DNA of 63,612 nt, filler included, from Lenisia limosa (lineage: Eukaryota > Protista > Breviatea), in the NCBI GenBank assembly GCA_001655205.1. It is 15 parts of 15 records of this genome, joined end to end, with 100 filler letters (N's around TTAATTAATTAA, not from the genome) between each part and the next. Parts side by side here need not be neighbours in the genome. Positions count along the whole stretch, not along the records: positions 45,340 to 58,576 come from LPNZ01006972.1; 14 more parts are not named here. The stretch is one strand, 5' to 3'. Shown piece by piece: positions 48,301 to 58,676 of the stretch. Position numbers and translations under genes: made by a program. The notes under the pieces are model-generated. The model did no database searches. It had not been told where the DNA came from and worked only from the letters and a program-made list of their open reading frames with translations. Within the stretch, counting starts at the first letter, position 1, and each line of letters opens with the position of its first letter.

Positions 48301-51300
48301 CACTGCACGGACAGTCCCAATGACTGCATGTGTTACAACGGTGGGGGATAGTGTCGCATTACACTGCTCTCATTGGGCTTCAGAAGATAACAAATCCATT
48401 ATGTATATGACGATATGATATTGATAGGGAGTCACTCCGAACGAAATAGACAGGTAAAATATCGAAGATTTTTCGATCGGAGTGAAGCCCTAGATATTGA
48501 CTATCACATTGTGATCGAGAAAGGCTCACTGTTTAGGATGGGAGGGAGAAACCTGCAACATCGACGCATGCATGCAGCTTGGTGGGTGGCGTGCTCTGGC
48601 CATGACATCATAAATGGCAATTCAACTTAGGATGCGGTGTTGCAGAAGCGATTGGCCTGGTCTTTGTTTGTTGTTATCAACCCTCGTGTGTTGGTCAGCC
48701 AACAGAGTTGATTTTGAGCTTTTTGTTTCATAAATTTTCTAATTCTACTTCCCATCTACCAAGGCGCAAATGGCAATTCCTTTCCTCTAACTAGGCAGGA
48801 ACGGCTCGCGAGTGTCTGTCTACTACAGAGTTCCCATCGTGCGGCTGGTGCATGACCAGCGCTGATCCGGACCAACATTGTCGCAATGGTGACGCCGATG
48901 GACCCGTAAGCGCCCCAGGTGTCAATATGATTTTTTCCATTGTAGCAAGTGCCAATATGATTTCTTCCATTGTTGCCAGGGCTTCACTTTGGTTGGAAAA
49001 AAGACTGAAATTTNNNNNNNNNNNNNNNNNNNNNNNNNNNNNNNNNNNNNNNNNNNNNNNNNNNNNNNNNNNNNNNNNNNNNNNNNNNNNNNNNNNNNNN
49101 NNNNNNNNNNNNNNNNNNNNNNNNNNNNNNNNNNNNNNNNNNNNNNNNNNNNNNNNNNNNNNNNNNNNNNNNNNNNNNNNNNNNNNNNNNNNNNNNNNNN
49201 NNNNNNNNNNCATGTTGACAGTATCGCCTGCAACGGCACGTGGATCTTCTCCTCTTCCAAGGTCGTGAGTACTGAAAGTGGGGGGGGGGTAAAGTCGGGA
49301 TGATGCAACAAATAATGGCATAGTATGATTTGCTCTAATTCGAACAGGTTCGGACACAGACGTGCTGCAACCCGAACACACTGAGGTGTACCTGAGGCCA
49401 GGACAGGAACTCAACATCACTGTCGCTGTCGTTCCCATCCCCGTGCCTCTTGACCTGTACTTCCTCCATGTGGGAGGCTCTATAATTTATTTTCAGAAAA
49501 AGGGTTGATGAGCATTACTCACCCCCTTCCCCCCAGGATGTGTCAGGCTCTATGGCTGACGACATTTCGACTCTCCAAGCCCTGGCTAGCGACCTTGTCG
49601 AAAGGGTGCGAACCGAGCTGCAGAGCGACAGCGTGTTCGGAGTGGGCGCCTTCAATGAGAAGCCCATGCATCCCTTTGGAAGAACGTCAGGCTGCAACGA
49701 GGTGGGGGAAGGGGGTTGAGGTTACGAAAGTGCTGAATATCTGATGAATGCCGAAAAAGGTTTCGTTTAGAGGAAAGGAACCCTGAATTTGAAAGACCTT
49801 CATTCCTTAGGCGGACGAGTCTGTCGGCAGAGGCTGTGACAACGTTGTGTGGGAACCGAAGATTGCGCTTTCATCCGACTTGGACCAGGTACCTTTTTCA
49901 GAAATGTTGATTATCAATTAGAACCAATCCCATGAAACTGTATCAGCACTGTTTACCTCGAGTAGTTCACGGACGGTCTCAGTCAGCTCATCACGGACCA
50001 AAACAACGATACGCCCGAGTCTTCTCTTGAGGCTCTCTTGCATCTTGCCGTCGCCGGCACTGGTGGGAATCTTGAAGTCTACAATAAGCTAGTCTTTAAA
50101 ACCTGACAATATCTATCACGGGCTTTATGTAACTTTTCAGGCAAGGACAGCTGCAGTAACAGCTCCGAGCCAGCCTGTAAGGCCTGCGAAGATATGGTGA
50201 GACCAGAGTACGGTGCTCCTGTTCCTAAATATTATCACCATCATAAATAACAATCGTACAGGTGCAATGGAGAGAGGGTGCGCGACACATGACCCTCATC
50301 CTCACTGATGCTCTCTTCAAGGTTGGTTCCGCAGTAATTTGTGCCCTTCTCCATAAAAGGAAAGTTCCTATCAGGAGCCTTCCTCCATATAAGGAAAGTC
50401 ACCCTCCAGGTTGCTGGCGACGCCCAGCTTGGCATGGTCTTCAGACCCAACAACGGCGACTGCATTGTCGACGGCTGGCCACCCGGTGTGTTTTGTTCGG
50501 ACATTATGCTAATAAACACAACGCATGGTCACACCCTAGGTACTGGCGAAGACTACCCCACCCTCGGTCTTCTGCGAGAGAAACTGAAATTGAAGAACGT
50601 GGTTCCAGTCTTTGCAGTGACCAGCTCAGTGCTTCCAGCCTACGAGGAACTTGTGGACTTCCTCGGCATCGGCCATGTCAAAACGATCGAATCTGACGCC
50701 TCGGTATGGNNNNNNNNNNNNNNNNNNNNNNNNNNNNNNNNNNNNNNNNNNNNNNNNNNNNNNNNNNNNNNNNNNNNNNNNNNNNNNNNNNNNNNNNNNN
50801 NNNNNNNNNNNNNNTTGAAGTGGTGACAGAATCGTACAACACAGTGGCTGAGATTATCAAGCTTGCGAGGAATGACGAAGATGACGTTTATAACGAGGTC
50901 TGCTGGCAATGTCGTAAGATCTCAATAATGCTGACAGCGTTTGTTCCTTCACAATTGCCGTTCACATGTAACGCCCTAGATCAAGACCTTCTCCCCCGTT
51001 GCAGGATACACAGGAATCAAAACCGGCGACAGAGTCGAATTCAACATCACAATGCTCACTGATAGGTTTGAAACAACTCCTTTCACAATCAGCTGTTATC
51101 TGCTGCCAAATGACTGCTTTTCGAGTGAATAAGGCTGATGATTGTAGGACCACCCCGGCCTCGAGCAATGCTAAGGTCCTTGTTTTTGGATTCCCATCCT
51201 TCAGGTTCACCATCAACAGAGAGGTTAGTACCCCGTTAACCCCCCTGAACTGACCATGCAGCTTCTTCTGGAGTGCGAGACCAACAGCGCCTGTCCGGGT

Positions 51301-54300
51301 GGCGACTCTCCTGTCTGCTCCGGACAAGGCGTCTGCGACTGCGGAAAAGTGGGCTCCCCCCTTCCTGTTTCCATTACCCACGCCGCCATTGACATTTTAG
51401 TGTCTCTGTAACGACACGTACAGCGGATCACAGTGCGACTGTTGGGAAGCAGGACCGTGCGTCGATAACTGCAATGGTGAGCTTACGAAATGTCAATTTG
51501 CTTCGTTCCATTGTTTTGAGCCTCACGTGTATTTTGAGCATGATCTCAATGATATCGCAGGACACGGCGCGTGTGTCTGCCAGGAATGCGAATGCTTCGA
51601 CAACTGGTCCGGTGACACGTGTAACTGTACAACCGACATCAGTAACTGCATCGACAGTGCCGGCACCGTCTGCAGCGGCAATGGAGAGTGCGAAGTCAGC
51701 CAGGAACCCTGCCCACCTTTTTTGCAGCACTGTCTTTATTGCAATCATAACCGTGTAGTGTGGAGTCTGTAAGTGCTTCGAGAACTACGAGGGCGACACA
51801 TGCGCTTGTAGTACACAGGCTGCCCCCAACGGCTGCACTGACGCCCTTCATGGAACTGACGTGAGCTGTGGTGGAATGGCAGTCAGCTATGTGGTGCAAA
51901 GAGCCAAAGATCAGTTTTTCATAATCCTCTTCAGGTCTGCGGTGTTTGCCATTGTTTCGACCCCTACGGCGGTAGAACTGGTGGGTTCTAAACCCCGACA
52001 CATATCTATGATATGACACACATTCCTCCTGCTCACGACATAGGACAGCCCAATGATTGCAGTTGCGACTTAAGACCTTGTCCAAACGACNNNNNNNNNN
52101 NNNNNNNNNNNNNNNNNNNNNNNNNNNNNNNNNNNNNNNNNNNNNNNNNNNNNNNNNNNNNNNNNNNNNNNNNNNNNNNNNNNNNNNNNNNNNNNNNNNN
52201 NNNNNNNNNNNNNNNNNNNNNNNNNNNNNNNTTTAACTCCTCACAGGTAATGGCATTTGCGATTGCTTCTCCTGTAACTGGTAAGCCTATCTTTCAGTGC
52301 TATTCTGATACTGAAACTGTTTGTTGGTGTTATCAATTATGTCTCCCTCTCAGCACTGCCCCTTGGACTGGTGATGACTGCTCCTGTAACCCCTCCCTTG
52401 AATGCGGCACCGGCTGCTCCACCCATGGAGAATGCTCATGTGGAGTNNNNNNNNNNNNNNNNNNNNNNNNNNNNNNNNNNNNNNNNNNNNNNNNNNNNNN
52501 NNNNNNNNNNNNNNNNNNNNNNNNNNNNNNNNNNNNNNNNNNNNNNNNNNNNNNNNNNNNNNNNNNNNNNNNNNNNNNNNNNNNNNNNNNNNNNNNNNNN
52601 NNNNNNNNTAGTGCACCTGTGATGCTGGTTACTCCCACACCAACGCTACTGCCAATGGTATGCCAAGAGGGTAAAATCAAATTAAGATGGTTGTGAAAGC
52701 GATATCTGGTTCATCACTATCTTACCCTTTTTTATTATTATTATTATTTTTATTTTTTTTGACTGTTGTTTCCGTTTAGACTGCGGCTGCTCGCAGTTCC
52801 CATGTCCACGCTACGACGACCTAGAATGCGGTGGCAAGGGCACGTGCTCATGTGGCATGGTGAGCTTTTTCCTCTCATCTTCCCGCTGTTATGCCATATT
52901 CCTGTTAGAATTCCATTACTCCCCCCCCCCCCAGNNNNNNNNNNNNNNNNNNNNNNNNNNNNNNNNNNNNNNNNNNNNNNNNNNNNNNNNNNNNNNNNNN
53001 NNNNNNNNNNNNNNNNNNNNNNNNNNNNNNNNNNTCAATGCGACTTGCCCAATCGGCTCGAACGGCCAAGTCTGTAGTGGTGCGTGGAGGGGCTTTACTG
53101 ATAATATGACGGGATGCTTTCCTTCCTTGGCCTCACCATCAGGCAATGGGGAGTGCACCTGTGGAGAATGCGTGTGCAACCCTGCCTATGAAACGGAAGA
53201 CTGCTCGTGCCTCACGTCACCCTGCCAGGTACAGGGCTGTTGCTGGGAAACAAGGGTGACGGTGCACTCGACTAGTGAAGGTACTGACCCCTCAGAACGA
53301 CTGCAACAGTGGGACCAGCAATGGCGTCTGCGAGTGCGGCGAATGTCTCTGCAACGAGCCCTATGTGGTGTATGAGGAAGGCGTCTTCGTGGCCAACTTC
53401 TATGATCCTCCTCTCTACGACTGCTCGTGTGACCCTACTGGTGGGCTTGGCTACGAGTGCTTGTGATATGTTGGCCATTCTGGAGTGGNNNNNNNNNNNN
53501 NNNNNNNNNNNNNNNNNNNNNNNNNNNNNNNNNNNNNNNNNNNNNNNNNNNNNNNNNNNNNNNNNNNNNNNNNNNNNNNNNNNNNNNNNNNNNNNNNNNN
53601 NNNNNNNNNNNNNNNNNNNNNNNNNNNNNNNNNNNNNNNNNNNNNNNNNNNNNNNNNNNNNNNNNNNNNNNNNNNNNNNNNNNNNNNATGTAACGGTGTG
53701 TGTGAATGCCGACCGGGCGAATGGGGAAATGACAACTGCAACTGCAGCCTTGCCGCTTGCCCCAAGGTTGGTGGCTGCTCTTGGCTCTGTAAACAAAAGC
53801 CATGACCAACCCTGACTGTTCAGGGTGGGGACAATGATGACGAGTGCAGCGGCCATGGCACATGCGAGTGTGGCGAATGTGAGGGGAGGACTTTAATCCT
53901 AATCATCACAACTAACATTTTTTGTCACTTAGGCTTACCTATTAGGCAAGTGCGACCCTGGTTTTTCAGGCTCCAGCTGCGACTGCGAAGATGATAAGGC
54001 GTGTGACCCGGAATGCGGCGACAGAGGAGACTGCATCTGCGGCTCATGTGTCTGCAACGAGCTCTGGAGAATGCCCCAGGTTTGCTCAGCTTCGGCTGCG
54101 TGACTCACCTCCAGCATGGCTGCAACTGCTCTGCGGTGGCGTGTGAGTCGCATCTTGGTCTCACATGTGGCGGGCATGGAACGTGCGACTGCGGAACTGT
54201 GGGTGGACTTGCCTTATTTGGAATGTGGAACTGTAGGCAAATATGCCGCAATTGCCTTATTTGGAATGTGGAACTGTAGGCAAATATGCCGCAATTGCCT

Positions 54301-55641
54301 TATTTGGAACTCAGCCTGCCTCTGAGCACCCTCCCGAACCACTTATCCCCCCCCCCCTAGTGTGTCTGTGACGACGGCTACTACGGCGGCGCATGTGCTT
54401 GTCCCCTAACCTGTCCCGGCGAGGCCCCCACGAACTCGTCGACACCCTTCTGCAACGGACGAGCTGAGTGCATCTGCGGACGGTTTGGGGGTTTCACTGG
54501 TTCAACACTGAAATTACCGCAGCTCACCAATACCGCTGAAATTACAGCAGCTCACCAACTCAGATGCGGTACCTGCGACGCGGGATGGGAACACCCCACG
54601 GACGGCTCAGATGAAGCATGCCAATGCCCGTCATGCCCCACTGTGTCTGGTGCGGGCGAATGCAACGGCCAAACCTGCGACTGTGGAACTGTAAGCAAAG
54701 GCGCGTGTGCATGGCGTATCATTGTGTGATGACCCTCACCTCGCAGTGCGACTGTGACACAGGCTTCACTGGCGACGATTGCAGTTGCGATGAGAGAACT
54801 TACGCGTGTCCCGGCATTTCGGTTGACATCCACGGCGCCGTACTCGCCACCTGCAGCGGTCATGGCGTGGGTGGGGCCGAGTGAATAGCTTGTGATTAAA
54901 AGAATCCCTCAGTTGCCATTTGAACTCACTCTTCAGAACTGCACATGCGCCACATGCGACTGTGATGAGGGTTGGGGAAGCTACGACTGTTCGCTTTGCA
55001 TCGGCGACGACTGCAGTGACCCGTGTGCCTTGTTTTCGAGCTGCGACGACTGTGTTGCTAACGGCTGTGTCTACTGCTCTGTGGGTTCAGCAGTTGTTCT
55101 TTTGTTCCCGCAATGCGAACATTGACACGTATAATTCCAATAGGGTCTCTCAATGTGTTCTTCTGTTGATAGCGTCAACTGTGAATCTCCTGAAACTGAC
55201 TCAGAGGCTTGCCAGGCTCAAGGAATCGAAATCGACACTCGTGCGTCTGGCATTGATTACTTGCCACATAAAGCAACTGTTGCACTCTGACTTACCTTCC
55301 AGAAACTGTTGCCACCGGCGTGGGAGTGCTAGTGGGAATTGTCGGTGTGTCGGCTGCAGGCCTCATAGGGTGGAAGGTTTGCTTCGTTAATACATTGCTT
55401 GATACTTACACACCAGGCTGTTACCGCTGCACAAGACCAGAAGAAATGGCGAGACTTCCAAAAGGCCAAAAGAGAAGTCCAGTGGAACGCCAACGAAAAC
55501 TCCTTGTATAATGTGAGGGGGGGGGGCTATATTTGATCAACAATGTTCACAATGTTTGAAATGCTAACCTTTCAGTCCACAAAGGCAACCCCCACAGCCA
55601 CTAGCAATCCGCTCTATGACACAGATGCCATGGACGATTAG
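45340..55641 (+). CDS. ITGB: Integrin beta subunit with N-terminal LamG/pentraxin-like and EGF extension, PSI, vWA (beta-I), hybrid, about 15+ I-EGF, TM and NxxY/NPxY tail; 5' truncated, dozens of introns
   Basis: PSI: CLSTTEFPSCGWC. Beta-I: PLDLYFLH|DVSGSMADDISTL, FGVGAFNEKP, NNDTPESSLEALLHLAV, WREGARHMTLILTDALFK|VAGDAQLGMVFRPNNGDC, DYPTLGLLREKLKLKNVVPVFAVT. Repeated CSGxGxCxCGxCxC. TM: GVGVLVGIVGVSAAGLIGWK. Tail: ..WRDFQKAKREVQWNANENSLYN|STKATPTATSNPLYDTDAMDD-stop (55639-55641). Confidence 0.95.
47723..47819. mobile_element. Family A MITE in an integrin intron with 8-bp TSD (7/8 match)
   Basis: TAGGGATTCCCTACGGTCCCAAAAAAGACTGAA..CTCGATAAATC..TTTTTCGGACCGGAGGGGAGA, flanked by CTTATAAC / CTTCTAAC. 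Confidence 0.75.
48624..48767 (+). mobile_element. Family B element in an integrin intron, flanked by a 12-bp direct repeat
   Basis: GATGCGGTGTTGCAGAAGCGATTGGCCTGG..TTATCAACCCTCGTGTGTTGGTCAGCCAACAGAGTTGATTTTGAGC..CATAAATTTTCTAATTCTAC; AAATGGCAATTC at 48612-48623 and 48768-48779. Confidence 0.8.
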
Positions 55642-55724
55642 GTTTTGATACTCTTTCTGGGTTATTTTGATATGCTTTTCTTTCCTCTATATATAGTTCA
55701 ACTTTCTTTTGGGGGGTATTAGAA

Positions 55725-58340
55725 AGCCAGTCGATCCTGGTCAACAAAGAGCACATGACAACATATGAGATTGTATTCTACACTAAAGAACTTAGTATAC
55801 GAAGGACTGGTGGTATTTGGGAATAGCAACCCATATCATTCCACGATCGGGGGAATCCTGGGAGGCATAAGAGTTTACGAGCGACAAAAATGACAACAGA
55901 TGGACCACTCTTACAATGCCACCTGTGTTTTGCGCTTGAGAGACAAAACCCGTTTTAGTTGAGCCTGTCAAAACTGGGGCTAGGGTTAGCGAGGCAACCG
56001 ATAAGGACCATTTGTCAAAGATACCCCCTCCCCACCGATTTGCCAGCCTCCAAGGTCAGCCACACTCATGAAGAACACGAGAGGGACGTCATCAAAGGCC
56101 GTGTCGTAAGTGACCGTAACAGTGTCCTAAAGATTAACGGGGAATTCGTAGTCAAGGTACTCATGCACTCCCATCCCACTGTTGGCATCAGTATAGTTCC
56201 CGTCAGAGATCCTAGAAAATGACAAAGATGACACAAAATAGAAATACGTTAGCGTGTAAGAGGCAATTTCGACAGGATAGCCAACCAGGAGGAAGAAAGC
56301 CAGTGGTGAAGCAGGCAAAGTCCAGGAAATTGGTCTCGGAGCTGTGTGTTAATCGAGTGGAAAAAATGCTACTGCACCCCTCTGCTCACTAGTGAGGGTA
56401 TCTCCAAAGGTAAATTGTGTCCTTTGTTGAGAAGTCAAAGCTTCGCACCTGTATAGTAAAGGGGGTTCAATACTATCGGTAAAAGGCCAGTAACAGAACA
56501 CAACAGCTCAGAATTTTCCCACCTGGGGGGAGTTGGCGACAAAGGTTGGTTCGGTTGCTGTCACAAGGCAAGTGGGCGGTTCATTCATCGGTACAATACT
56601 GTAGGAACTTTCAGCTAAAATATTAAGCAAAGGACAAGCTCATTGTGCCACCCTCCCTCTTACGTAGTGTGATGGCTTGACGTCCACTCTGAAGTCGTTA
56701 AATGGGGGGTTGGATATCAAAAAATGGTTCACACTAGAAAGCATCCCTTCGTAACCTATAATAGAATCATAACTTCATCTTTGATCAATGATCACCCGGT
56801 GCGTTCCTTCATATCCACCCTAGCGACCAACATTAATCACAATTTTAGTGATTTTGTGGGATTTTTACCAATTTACCCAGTCCCTCCTACCCTCATCAGA
56901 GGGCAATATGCTGAGTCGGTTGCGAATGGTAGAAGCATAATGTCATAAACGGTTGTGCTTCCAGTTTCAGTCTAGAGAATAAATTATGCTGCAATAGTAC
57001 ACACACAATTCCCCCTAACATAAGTCTTGTCTAGACTCCAAATATAGAAACCAGCACTTGTAGCATTGATGACCATTGGGAAGATTGGACCAGTGGGATT
57101 GTGGGCAGTTACGAAGACGAGAGGTGTGGCGGAGTATTGCGTCAAGTCAATACGTGTGCGCCCCCCAGTTGCAGCCTGTGAGTGTAACTTTTTCTTCAGC
57201 AGGCTGCTAAACCAGCATGTAAGGATTNNNNNNNNNNNNNNNNNNNNNNNNNNNNNNNNNNNNNNNNNNNNNNNNNNNNNNNNNNNNNNNNNNNNNNNNN
57301 NNNNNNNNNNNNNNNNNNNNNNTGAATCTGGTTAAAACCAAGACAACCAAAGATTTCGTCAATACAGATAAAAGTAGGTTGATAGTATGCTAGAGAAAAG
57401 CCGTAAAAGCACTTGTAACAAAAGGTCTTACATTCGCCTATGTAAGTGCATTGACCAAAACTCCGAGGTAAAAATCTGGTTTACCAACCTGCTTTAAATC
57501 CAGAGAAAGCGTCGGTTTTGAGGAGATTAAAGAGTATAATGAGAGTAATATACTTCCTCGTACCACTCGAAGGAACTTGGGGGTCGGACAGGACAGCGAC
57601 GTCAAAGACTGAAGATAGGCGATTGTATTGGACGATTCAAGTATTTCCTGCAAAGTTGGTGGTTGAGAAGGGATGAAGGAAATCGTGTCAGTAACCTGTG
57701 AGACTTGGCTGATATTCTATTCTGACTAGTGATGCGTATCGTTTTGCATTTCTTCTACCCACATCATCCCNNNNNNNNNNNNNNNNNNNNNNNNNNNNNN
57801 NNNNNNNNNNNNNNNNNNNNNNNNNNNNNNNNNNNNNNNNNNNNNNNNNNNNNNNNNNNNNNCGAATTTCTAAATTGTAAGGGAAAGAATACCGTTAACC
57901 AAGTCCCTAAGGGATAAGAACGGTTTCAATAGCAGTTATACAGAGAAATGAAAAGAGAAACACAAACCCATATTTAAGAAGTTAACTTAGACATAACACT
58001 GTTCCCACTTTTGTGGTCAAATCATCTTCAACAATGGGCAACGCAGATGTCCTATCAAAGTGAAAAGGGGCAATTCCATACAAAGAGCAAACGAGAAGGA
58101 CAAATCCCATGACAATCTGTTCCCATGGCTACCGAATGTTTAAGTCAGACGCAATCGCCGATGGTGATACTGTAAAGGGACTACAAAGGTGAAGCTCTCT
58201 TACACAACGTCCAACAAGGCTGATTATTGGTCTTTTGATACCTTTTCTCCACTTTTCTGTTTCATCAACTCACCTTGGTGCCACACTTGCCGAAAGGCAT
58301 GCACAAATCAAGAAGATAAAAGCCTTCATCGTCATGATCC
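55725..58340 (-). CDS. Multi-exon probable secreted/membrane protein of unknown family, convergent with the integrin beta gene
   Basis: Signal-like MTMKAFIFLICACLS (~58290-58340); exons AATGGRTRIDLTQYSATPLVFVTAHNPTGP, IVPMNEPPTCLVTATEP, DTVTVTYDTAFDDVPLVFFMSVAD. Confidence 0.4.
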
Positions 58341-58676
58341 TAGAGGGAAAATATTAGCAAGTGTGATCAATCATAGTCGTTGAATTTGTTAATCATTAGG
58401 TCGAAAAACAAACACGAGTCTGCATTTGGAAGAAGGAATAATATTTCCACACAGTTAATATGGGTTGTTATTGTCAAAGAACAGGATCCCAAGTTGGTTG
58501 ATCCGTCGCATACAACATATTTGGGTCAGCTCGCCACGGGGTGGTGCCCTAAGGGTAAAATACTATACAATTATGGNNNNNNNNNNNNNNNNNNNNNNNN
58601 NNNNNNNNNNNNNNNNNNNNTTAATTAATTAANNNNNNNNNNNNNNNNNNNNNNNNNNNNNNNNNNNNNNNNNNNN

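Noticed and set aside
3292-55641. An adhesion gene cluster (integrin beta, DOCK, IQGAP-like CH protein, REJ protein)
   Set aside because: These genes are on different contigs joined by artificial linkers, so their proximity carries no information.
55725-58340. Integrin alpha partner next to the beta gene
   Set aside because: No FG-GAP, DxDxDG calcium loops or GFFKR-like tail visible in the readable exons.
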